A DNA stretch of 48,433 nt from Bacillota bacterium (lineage in GTDB: Bacteria > Bacillota > Sulfobacillia > UBA8153), in assembly GCA_007130145.1 (NCBI GenBank), contig SLSY01000002.1:1-48433 (forward strand), written 5' to 3'. The notes below the pieces were generated by a model. The model made no database searches, was not told where the DNA came from, and saw only the letters and a list, made by a program, of their open reading frames with translations. A program made the position numbers and the translations under genes. Shown here in pieces: positions 20,483 to 28,187 of this stretch; within the stretch, counting starts at the first letter, position 1, and each line of letters begins with the position of its first letter.

Positions 20483-22363
20483 GTGGAGGTTGTGGCTTCG
20501 TCAGACAAGACCTATGACGTGATTGTGGTAGGGACAGGCCATGCCGGCTGCGAAGCAGCCTTGGCCAGTGCCCGCATGGGTGCCAAGACACTGGCGTTGA
20601 CCTTGAATCTGGACAATATCGCGCTTATGCCGTGTAACCCAGCCATCGGGGGTCCGGGTAAGGGACACTTGGTGGCGGAGATACACGCTCTGGGTGGTGT
20701 CATGGGAGAAATTGCTGATGGTTCCGCCCTGCAGAGCCGCGTCTTGAATACAGGCAAGGGCCCGGCCGTTCAAGCCTTGCGCGTCCTCTGTGATAAACAT
20801 CGCTATCAACAGCTCATGCGCCGCCGTTTGGAGAATCAGCCCCTCCTTGACATCAAACAGGCTTTGGTCACGGAGATTCTCACGGATCATGGACGTGTGA
20901 CGGGTGTCCTCACGGCCACTGGCCTTTGCTATCGTTCCCATGCTGTTGTTTTGGCGACCGGAGTCTATCTGGAGGCACGGGTCATCACCGGGGAACATGC
21001 CCACCGCGCTGGACCCAACGGGCAGCTGGCGGCAGGGCATCTCGCCCGGCAGCTGGAAAGACTAGGCCTGCCCATGCGCCGTTTCAAGACCGGCACGTCT
21101 CCCCGGGTACATGCTGGCTCAGTGGACCTGGATAAGATGACGGTGCAGCCCGGTGAGCGCGAGCACCCCGGCTTTTCGGCCAGCTGGCGCCAAACCACGG
21201 CTCCGGCCGATTGCTATCTCACGTATACCACCGCCGAGACTCACGCTATCATCAATAGTAACCTGCACCGGGCTCCGCTTTATACCGGCAGTATTGAGGG
21301 AACAGGACCACGTTATTGCCCCTCCATCGAGGACAAGGTCGTGCGTTTTCACGACAAAGAGTCCCATCAGGTATTCCTGGAGCCGGAGGGAGAGTTTACC
21401 CAAGAGATGTACGTCCTGGGACTCTCCACCAGTCTTCCGGAGGAAGTTCAGCTGGCCATGCTCCACTCCATTCCCGGATGCGAACGGGCCAAAATCATGC
21501 GGCCGGGTTATGCCATTGAGTACGACTGTCTCGATCCACAGGAGATGACGCCTTCGCTGGAGTGTCGCTCGCGGGCGGGTCTTTACTGTGCTGGACAGAT
21601 CAACGGCAGTTCCGGCTACGAGGAGGCGGCCGCCCAAGGCTTGCTGGCCGGCATCAACGCCGTCCGCTCACTACGCGAAGAAGAGCCGGTGGTGCTCGGA
21701 CGTGATCAAGCCTATATAGGAGTGCTTATTGACGATCTCATCACCAAGGGAACAGATGAACCCTATCGTATGCTTACGGCCCGGGCAGAATACCGGCTAC
21801 TACTGCGTCAAGACAACGCGGATTACCGGCTGCTTCCTTTAGGCTTTCAATTGGGTCTGGTGGAGAAGGAGCGTTACGCTCAGTTTTGTTCAAAACGTGA
21901 TAAAGTAGACGATCTATTGCAGCGCTTGTCCAGCCGGCGACTGCGGGATAAAGAAAGCCTAGCCTTGGTAGAAGCCATGAAACAGGGGCGGGCCCATCCC
22001 GGCATGACCCTCGAAGAGGTGCTGCTGCGGCCCAATGTGTGCTGGGACGATATGCAGCGCATTGCCCCGGATCTTGTCGGAGTAGAGCGGGATGTTGCTT
22101 CTGAGGTTGTCTTTCGCGTCAAGTACCGGGGGTATCTTGAGAAGCAAGAGCGACAGGTAGAGCGGCTACGTAAACTGGAACACCGTAAGATACCGCAGGA
22201 CTTTGATTACGATGCCACCAAGAACCTGTCGTATGAGGCGCGGGAGAAACTCAAGCGACTGTGCCCGTCCACGGTGGGGCAGGCCAGTCGTATCAGCGGG
22301 GTCTCCCCCGCCGATGTGGCGATTCTTCTGGTCCAGCTGGACGCGAGAAACAAGCAATCATGA
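20483..22363 (+). CDS. mnmG: tRNA uridine-34 modification FAD enzyme MnmG (GidA)
   Basis: GTGHAGCEAA, MPCNPAIGG, RFKTGT, GPRYCPSIEDK, GQINGSSGYEEAAAQG. Confidence 0.98.
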   Translation: MEVVASSDKTYDVIVVGTGHAGCEAALASARMGAKTLALTLNLDNIALMPCNPAIGGPGKGHLVAEIHALGGVMGEIADGSALQSRVLNTGKGPAVQALRVLCDKHRYQQLMRRRLENQPLLDIKQALVTEILTDHGRVTGVLTATGLCYRSHAVVLATGVYLEARVITGEHAHRAGPNGQLAAGHLARQLERLGLPMRRFKTGTSPRVHAGSVDLDKMTVQPGEREHPGFSASWRQTTAPADCYLTYTTAETHAIINSNLHRAPLYTGSIEGTGPRYCPSIEDKVVRFHDKESHQVFLEPEGEFTQEMYVLGLSTSLPEEVQLAMLHSIPGCERAKIMRPGYAIEYDCLDPQEMTPSLECRSRAGLYCAGQINGSSGYEEAAAQGLLAGINAVRSLREEEPVVLGRDQAYIGVLIDDLITKGTDEPYRMLTARAEYRLLLRQDNADYRLLPLGFQLGLVEKERYAQFCSKRDKVDDLLQRLSSRRLRDKESLALVEAMKQGRAHPGMTLEEVLLRPNVCWDDMQRIAPDLVGVERDVASEVVFRVKYRGYLEKQERQVERLRKLEHRKIPQDFDYDATKNLSYEAREKLKRLCPSTVGQASRISGVSPADVAILLVQLDARNKQS

Positions 22364-23076
22364 AGCTCAAACGAGTAGAGAAGACGCTGGCCGGGTGGGG
22401 GCTTACTCTTTCCCGACAGCAACTGCAAAAGCTAGACCGCCTCATCTTCATCCTTGCCCAGCAAGGATTCCCGCACAGCTCCATCGCCCATGCTGAGGAG
22501 GCCGAAATCAAGCATGTCATTGACTCCTTGGCCTGCATGCGCATTTGGACCCCTCCCCCCCATGCGAGCCTTCTGGATGTAGGCTCAGGTTCCGGTTTTC
22601 CCGGGTTGGTGTTGAACGTTGCATGGCCCACCACGCGGGTGACGTTGCTGGATGCGGTGGGCAAGAAGATTGATCATCTTCGCGATATTTCCCGGGCATT
22701 AGAACTCGACGACGTGAGCACCGTTCACGCCCGTGCCGAAGATCTGGGCAGAGAATCATCTTACCGGGAGTCTTTCGATGCTGTCACGGCACGGGCGGTG
22801 GCAACGACCGCCGTGTTGGCTGAGCTGTGTCTTCCCCTGGTGCGGCTCGGCGGGGTGTGGTTGCTGATGAAGGGACCCTCCGGGCCACAAGAACTGGATG
22901 AAGCTCGCGGGGTCCTTGCTACGCTCGGGGGACAAGTCGAAGATGATATGTGTTTTGATCTGCCCTGCGAACAGGGTGTTCGGTACCTCGCTCGCATCCG
23001 TAAAGTTGACCATACCCCCACACGATATCCGCGCCGCGCGGGGAAGCCCCAAAAAAGACCCCTCGAATTGCCATAA
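22360..23076 (+). CDS. rsmG: 16S rRNA m7G527 methyltransferase RsmG (GidB)
   Basis: KHVIDSL, LDVGSGSGFPG, ARAV, YPRRAGKP. ATG 22360 overlaps the mnmG stop. Confidence 0.95.
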   Translation: MKLKRVEKTLAGWGLTLSRQQLQKLDRLIFILAQQGFPHSSIAHAEEAEIKHVIDSLACMRIWTPPPHASLLDVGSGSGFPGLVLNVAWPTTRVTLLDAVGKKIDHLRDISRALELDDVSTVHARAEDLGRESSYRESFDAVTARAVATTAVLAELCLPLVRLGGVWLLMKGPSGPQELDEARGVLATLGGQVEDDMCFDLPCEQGVRYLARIRKVDHTPTRYPRRAGKPQKRPLELP

Positions 23077-23133
23077 AAAGGAAGGAGATCGAGGGAGTGC
23101 CCTCGAAGGATTACCATATTCTACCATAGGAGG

Positions 23134-23979
23134 GTGGCGCGGGTGCTACGAAGAGGGCAGATGCGCGGCAAACTCAAGAAAGAAAGCAGTTACACCGTGT
23201 TGAACTTAGCGGTTGAGTCCATCTTGTTTAATCCGTACCAACCACGCAAGACAGAAGTGGGCCGAGATATTGATGAGTTGGCCGCATCCATCCGGCAGCA
23301 CGGAGTGCTGCAACCGGTCGTGGTGCGAAGAGTGGGCCGGGGGTACGAATTGATAGCCGGTGAACGGCGGCTCAGGGCCTGCAAGCAGGCGGGCGCTAAA
23401 ACTATTCCTGCCATCGTTCGCTCGGTGGGCGATGAAGAGCTGGCCCTCTTGGCGTTGGTGGAGAACTTGCAGCGCCGGGGTTTGAACGTGCTTGATGAAG
23501 CGGAGGGATACCGTAGCCTCATGAGCAAGTTTGCGCTCACGCAGGAGGAAATTGCAGCACAAGTGGGAAAGAGCCAACCCACCATCGCCAACAAACTTCG
23601 ACTGCTCAAACTCCCTGGTGCCGTGCAGGAAGAACTGCGACGAGAGGCGCTAACCGAGCGGCATGCTCGTGCCTTGCTCAGATTACCTTGTGACAAGCAG
23701 CAGCTGGAGATCATGGAGACGGTGCTTGCTGGCAACCTCAATGTGGCTCAAACCGACGAACTGGTGGATGAGGTAACCAAGGAGGCTTCACCCCATCCCC
23801 CGGTCAAGCGACAGCGGGTACGTGTTTTCAAGGACCTGCGCATCTTCCTCAATTCGTTCCGTCAGGTAGTGGCGGCACTGAGGCGCACGGGGGTAGAGGC
23901 GGTCATGGAAGAGGATGAGGATGAACGTTGCTGGCGCATTCAAGTCAGTATCGCCAAGCCCGGCGAGAAAGGGGTCTAA
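23134..23979 (+). CDS. noc: Nucleoid occlusion protein Noc (ParB paralogue)
   Basis: NPYQPR, GERRLRA, ENLQR; HTH GKSQPTIANKLRLLKL...ERHAR with Noc-type Q/K/K/R residues; C-terminal KDLRIFLNS; position between rsmG and soj. Start uncertain (ATG 23161 possible). Confidence 0.88.
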   Translation: MARVLRRGQMRGKLKKESSYTVLNLAVESILFNPYQPRKTEVGRDIDELAASIRQHGVLQPVVVRRVGRGYELIAGERRLRACKQAGAKTIPAIVRSVGDEELALLALVENLQRRGLNVLDEAEGYRSLMSKFALTQEEIAAQVGKSQPTIANKLRLLKLPGAVQEELRREALTERHARALLRLPCDKQQLEIMETVLAGNLNVAQTDELVDEVTKEASPHPPVKRQRVRVFKDLRIFLNSFRQVVAALRRTGVEAVMEEDEDERCWRIQVSIAKPGEKGV

Positions 23980-24020
23980 GAGGTATCCACATGGTGTAAG
24001 AGGCGTGGTCTTGATAGAAG

Positions 24021-24067
24021 AAGCGAGGGAGTGCCTCGAGCGAGGGCCCCTCGCTTTTTTGCTTTTT
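24021..24067 (+). terminator. Intrinsic terminator after noc
   Basis: AAGCGAGGG...CCCTCGCTT stem followed by TTTT-GC-TTTTT. Confidence 0.7.
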
Positions 24068-24153
24068 GAAAGTCTCTCAGGATAGAAAACAGGGAAGCAC
24101 GGCGACCTTGCCGAAAGAGCGAGGGAGTATGAAACAGTAGGAGGGAGGACGAA

Positions 24154-24198
24154 GTGGATAGAGTTATCGCCATTGTGAACCAAAAGGGCGGAGTAGGG
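24154..24198 (+). CDS. parA: ParA/Soj exon 1 (MDRVIAIVNQKGGVG)
   Basis: GGAGG RBS, GTG start, 15 codons matching the Soj N-terminus and the first half of the deviant Walker A; ends exactly at the intron GTGCG. Confidence 0.95.
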
Positions 24199-25885
24199 GT
24201 GCGTCCGAGATGGTTCGCGTTGCAGTGCCCTGAGGGGTCGCCGATGAGAGCGAGATCGGTGTGACTGTCCGGCTCCAGCTGCAGTCGAAAGGCTATTTTA
24301 GCAGCGAACATAGCATGCCGGAAGGGGGGGAGCCCAGCGCTTGCCCGCCTCTTTGCAGTCAAGGTACAGCATGGTGAAGGCCGGATTGCTTGAACTCTAG
24401 TTTCCCAGCCCAAACCGCCGGGAACACCCGAATGGATCGGGTGTTGGGAGTGGTCTGCGAGACAAGTCCCTGCTTGCCTCGTACGCTCTGACCCTCCTCA
24501 TACGCAGGATGATTGCGTGAGGGAAACGGACGGAGCACCTACACTGTACGGGAAGTCATTCTGTGCGCGAGCTAACCGGAGATTGCCTAACGTGGAGACG
24601 TTTCATCAAGGCAACGGAGTCCTCATAGTAGTCGGAGAGCGGGAAAGCCGCTTACAACCTGCTTGTGCAGGGCCCTCTGGGGCGGGCGAAGGAGGACAGG
24701 TCACCGGGTGACCCGAGAACTACGGAGGTATGCGAAATGCAAAGAGCTGAAGTGGTCCTGGGGGCCCTGAGAAGAAATGCCGAGAAAGAAGGATTTGTGT
24801 TTTCCAGGGTCTACCGCTACCTTTACAACCCCGGGATGTACCGGGAAGGCGTTAGAGCGCGGGTGGATGAGTTGGGGGACCAGCTGAGAGCAGAGCGTTA
24901 CTATCCAGCAGGTAGAGAAGAAGACGCATGGGTAGAGGAGGCAGTGATGTGCCTGCTTGAAGCCATGTTCCCTCAAGAGCGCGACGATGCTGACACCAAT
25001 CGGTGGGCGCAGGTAAAGGCCTCACCAGAGTGTCGCTGGGCCTTGCGCTATGATATCGAAACTGCCTGCGATGGATGGCACGCTCTCTATCGCCTACTCG
25101 GCCCCCACCTGCAGGATGGGCGTTTTTGGGAGTTGCTGCACCGGTTTCACTTGTTTCAGGGCAAGGACGGGAGAGTGGCAAAGATGCTGAAGCGACTTGC
25201 CTGTGGGAGGCTGCAAGCGTCTATGCAGGCCATGCATCCTGCAACCAGGCGTTTCATCGAGGGGCATGAGGTCCTCTTTTTGGGACGTGTGGAGTCCAGC
25301 ATGAACCAGCAACGCGCTGCTATCGAGAACGTCGCCGGGGCCAGAGGAGTGGATGTCAAACTGGAGATCGCAGCGGATATCCGCCGGGGAAGCGTCCGGC
25401 TTGGCCCCTATGCGGTGAGAGCCGGCCGCCGGCGTTGCTTTCTCCTGATTCCGGGAGACTCCCTGCGGCGGTGGCGGCGGCCATTCACCTACCGCGGTCA
25501 TCCCGCTGCCCGCAACGATCGTTTGTACCTGACAGCCTCCAGGATTGTCCAGATCTACCGGCAAGAACTGACAGCATGGTTTCAGACATTCCGCGAGGCA
25601 GATAACCTGCGCGCAAGGCTGAGGGAGTTTCACTTCTATCATGGCCAAAGCCTTCTGAAGACCTTGGCCAAGAAGGATGGACTGTCTCTCAGGCAAGCAG
25701 CTGCCAAGTACCGGGTGCTTCAAGACCGTGATGAAGGTAGAGCGGGCCTTTCAGGGGGAGACCAGCACAGTTTCTATCCGTTACAGATTCGGCAGCTTTT
25801 CTCAGCGTGACGGGAGAGCCGGGTGCATTGAAAGGTGCATGCCCGGTTCGGAGGGGGGTTGAGCGACCGCCTTGATCTACCCTAC
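24199..25885 (+). mobile_element. Group IIA (mitochondrial-like lineage) intron interrupting parA
   Basis: 5' GTGCG; 3' ...CCCTAC; DV 25816-25849 GAGCCGGGTGCATT-GAAA-GGTGCATGCCCGGTTC with AGC triad; DVI with bulged A25879, 7 nt from the end; EBS1, EBS2 and delta complementary to the exons; excision restores KGGVGKTT in frame. Confidence 0.96.
24737..25810 (+). CDS. Intron-encoded protein: degenerate RT-derived maturase, 357 aa, no YADD, no endonuclease
   Basis: GGAGG RBS at 24724-24728. LtrA-like blocks: FSRVYRYLYNP (RT0), LRAERYYP (RT1), DAWVEEAVMCLLEAMFP (RT2), WALRYDIE (RT3), LQDGRFWELL, and X-domain-like IVQIYRQEL...SLLKTLAKK. Located in intron domain IV. Confidence 0.88.
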   Translation: MQRAEVVLGALRRNAEKEGFVFSRVYRYLYNPGMYREGVRARVDELGDQLRAERYYPAGREEDAWVEEAVMCLLEAMFPQERDDADTNRWAQVKASPECRWALRYDIETACDGWHALYRLLGPHLQDGRFWELLHRFHLFQGKDGRVAKMLKRLACGRLQASMQAMHPATRRFIEGHEVLFLGRVESSMNQQRAAIENVAGARGVDVKLEIAADIRRGSVRLGPYAVRAGRRRCFLLIPGDSLRRWRRPFTYRGHPAARNDRLYLTASRIVQIYRQELTAWFQTFREADNLRARLREFHFYHGQSLLKTLAKKDGLSLRQAAAKYRVLQDRDEGRAGLSGGDQHSFYPLQIRQLFSA

Positions 25886-26644
25886 AAAACGACGACAGCG
25901 GTCAATTTGGCAGCCGCTTTGGCTGAGGCTGGCAAGAGGGTCCTGGTGGTGGATATCGATCCGCAAGGCAATTCCACAAGTGGCCTGGGCCTGGATAAGC
26001 GCGAGATTACGCAGTGTATTTATGATGTACTCATCGAGGGTCTGCCGCTGACTCAAGTTGTGTGCAAGAGTGCTTCTGCCGGCGTTGATGTGGTGCCGGC
26101 GCGGCTGGATCTAGCTGGTGCCGAGGTTGAGTTGGTCTCCATGATAGCCCGGGAGAGCAAACTCAAAGGAGCGCTGGGAACGGTTGGTGGCCAGTATGAC
26201 TTTCTTCTCATCGACTGTCCCCCGTCTCTCGGCTTGCTTACGGTCAACGCACTCACAGCGGCCGACTCCATTTTGGTGCCCATCCAGTGCGAGTATTACG
26301 CCCTGGAGGGCTTGGGGCAGCTGATGAACACCATCAAACTCGTGCAGACACACCTAAATCCCCGGCTTGTTTTGGAAGGGGTGGTGCTGACGATGTTTGA
26401 TGGTCGTACCAATCTCGCCATGCAGGTTGTTGAGGAGGTAAGGCGCTTTTTCCGTGGAAAGGTATATGGCACGGTGATCCCGCGCAATGTCCGGCTGAGC
26501 GAGGCGCCCAGCTTCGGGCAACCCATCATTGCGTACGACGGGAAATCCAGGGGTGCCCAAGCATACCGGGAATTAGCAAGGGAGGTCCTGCAGCATGGCC
26601 AGGAAGGGGCTGGGCAAGGGGCTCAAAGCCCTGATGCCAGATGA
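25886..26644 (+). CDS. parA: ParA/Soj exon 2 (spliced product 267 aa)
   Basis: KTTTAVNLAA, DIDPQGNST, IDCPPSLG, PIQCEYYALEG, IPRNVRLSEAPS. Confidence 0.96.
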   Translation, partial: KTTTAVNLAAALAEAGKRVLVVDIDPQGNSTSGLGLDKREITQCIYDVLIEGLPLTQVVCKSASAGVDVVPARLDLAGAEVELVSMIARESKLKGALGTVGGQYDFLLIDCPPSLGLLTVNALTAADSILVPIQCEYYALEGLGQLMNTIKLVQTHLNPRLVLEGVVLTMFDGRTNLAMQVVEEVRRFFRGKVYGTVIPRNVRLSEAPSFGQPIIAYDGKSRGAQAYRELAREVLQHGQEGAGQGAQSPDAR

Positions 26645-27431
26645 GGTAGAATCCAACCAAGCAGTTGGAGCCAGCGAACTTAATATTGAGGAGATACGAC
26701 CCAATCCCTACCAACCGCGGCAGCGCTTTGACGGAGAGGGCATGAGGGAACTGGTGGAATCCATCCGGCAACACGGTGTGGTACAACCTGTCCTGGTGCG
26801 CAGTGACGGTGACGGGTATCAAATCATAGCCGGGGAGAGACGTTGGCGGGCTGCGCAGCAGGCGGGACAGAAGCGCATCCCCGTTGTGGTGAAGGAATGC
26901 ACTGAACAAGAGATGATGGAGATAGCGTTGGTGGAGAACCTCCAGCGTGAGGATCTGAATGCGCTGGAGGAAGCCATGGCGTATCGCCGCTTGTTGGAAG
27001 AGTTCTCCTTGACCCAGGAACAAGTGGCGGAGCAAGTGGGGAAGAGCCGGTCGCAAGTGGCCAACACCTTGCGGCTTCTCCAGTTGCACCCCATGGTACA
27101 GGAGATGCTCGAGAAGGGAGACCTGTCACCAGGGCATGCAAGAACGCTCTTGGCCATAGGAGATGGATCAGCGCAGGTGAAAATGGCGCAGCGGGTGGCC
27201 CAAGAGGGCCTTAACGTTCGCCAACTGGAGAACCTCATTCGTTTGGGAGCGCGCCGGCCACCGGTGCGGAGGGTTCCGTCTCCCGATCTGCGGTATGTGC
27301 AAGACAGGATAGGAGAGGCCTTGGGCACGCAAGTTCAGATTACTGGAGAGAAGAAAGGGGTCATCAAGATTCGCTTCCATTCCCCCGAAGATTTGGAGCG
27401 GCTCATGGAGCTCTTGTTGGATGAAAACTAG
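26595..27431 (+). CDS. parB: ParB/Spo0J
   Basis: GLGKGLKAL N-terminus, NPYQPR, GERRWRA, ENLQREDLN, GKSRSQVANTLRLL, GHAR. Confidence 0.96.
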   Translation: MARKGLGKGLKALMPDEVESNQAVGASELNIEEIRPNPYQPRQRFDGEGMRELVESIRQHGVVQPVLVRSDGDGYQIIAGERRWRAAQQAGQKRIPVVVKECTEQEMMEIALVENLQREDLNALEEAMAYRRLLEEFSLTQEQVAEQVGKSRSQVANTLRLLQLHPMVQEMLEKGDLSPGHARTLLAIGDGSAQVKMAQRVAQEGLNVRQLENLIRLGARRPPVRRVPSPDLRYVQDRIGEALGTQVQITGEKKGVIKIRFHSPEDLERLMELLLDEN

Positions 27432-27435
27432 GCAA

Positions 27436-27451
27436 TGTTTCACGTGAAACA
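27436..27451. promoter_or_regulatory. parS centromere site
   Basis: Perfect palindrome TGTTTCACGTGAAACA immediately after the parB stop. Confidence 0.95.
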
Positions 27452-27468
27452 TCGGGCGGAGGAACATC

Positions 27469-28164
27469 GTGACCGGTACATTCATTAATGTAGCAGCTAT
27501 CTTATTAGGAACTGCGCTGGGCATGGGGCTGTTCGGGCCTTTGGCGCGCCGCCACCAGACGGTTGTGGTACAGGCGGTGGGTCTGGCCGTGATACTTATT
27601 GGCTTGCGGATGGCCCTGGGTGCAGAGCAATTGGTGATCATCATCATCTCTCTTGCTGCAGGGGCCGTGATCGGCGAAGAGTTAGCGTTGGAGGAACGCC
27701 TGCGACAGGCGGGCGCCTGGCTCAAGGAGCGTTTTGCTGGCGAAGGCGGGGACTTTGTTAACGGATTTATGACGTCTACGCTGGTCTATTGCGTGGGGGC
27801 CATGGCTATTATGGGTCCACTGCAGGATGGACTTACCGGGGAGTATGATATCCTGCTGGCAAAGTCAACCCTGGACGGCGTGACGTCCATCATCTTCGCT
27901 TCTACCATGGGCATAGGTGTGGCGTTCTCCATTATCCCTCTGTTTCTCTATCAGGGAAGCATCACTTTGCTCGCTCACTCTCTGGAACCATTGCTATCGC
28001 CGGCGGCCATTACTGATATGACAGCCACAGGGGGGCTCCTCATTGTTGCTATTGGTCTCAATCTCTTGGGCATCACCAAATTGAGGGTGGCCAATCTGCT
28101 CCCTGCTATCTTGCTGGCACCCCTTCTGGTGCTGGCCGTTGCCGCCATAAACCGGGCTATCTGA
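27469..28164 (+). CDS. DUF554 family membrane protein
   Basis: MTGTFIN, CVGAMAIMG, KSTLDG, QGSIT, NLLPA. Confidence 0.88.
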   Translation: MTGTFINVAAILLGTALGMGLFGPLARRHQTVVVQAVGLAVILIGLRMALGAEQLVIIIISLAAGAVIGEELALEERLRQAGAWLKERFAGEGGDFVNGFMTSTLVYCVGAMAIMGPLQDGLTGEYDILLAKSTLDGVTSIIFASTMGIGVAFSIIPLFLYQGSITLLAHSLEPLLSPAAITDMTATGGLLIVAIGLNLLGITKLRVANLLPAILLAPLLVLAVAAINRAI

Positions 28165-28187
28165 AGGCAAAGGAGGCGAAGGGACTC

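Noticed and set aside
24345-24499. Alternative EBS-like segments CCGCCT (24345) and CCCTCCTC (24492)
   Set aside because: Wrong spacing or buried in stems; the 24415/24468 pair fits loop position and delta pairing better.
24665-24736. Longer N-terminus of the intron ORF (GTG 24665)
   Set aside because: It lies in structured domain III. ATG 24737 has a GGAGG RBS and matches the usual start of this protein class.
25835-25885. ORF-track ParA start MHARFGGGLSDRLDLPY
   Set aside because: These codons are intron domains V-VI read in frame. There is no proper RBS and the product would lack KGGVG; the true N-terminus is exon 1 at 24154.
25880-25885. Intron 3' end CCCTAC is the exact complement of exon IBS1 GTAGGG
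   Set aside because: CCCUAC is an ordinary IIA terminus already paired in DVI; a 6-nt match is likely coincidence.
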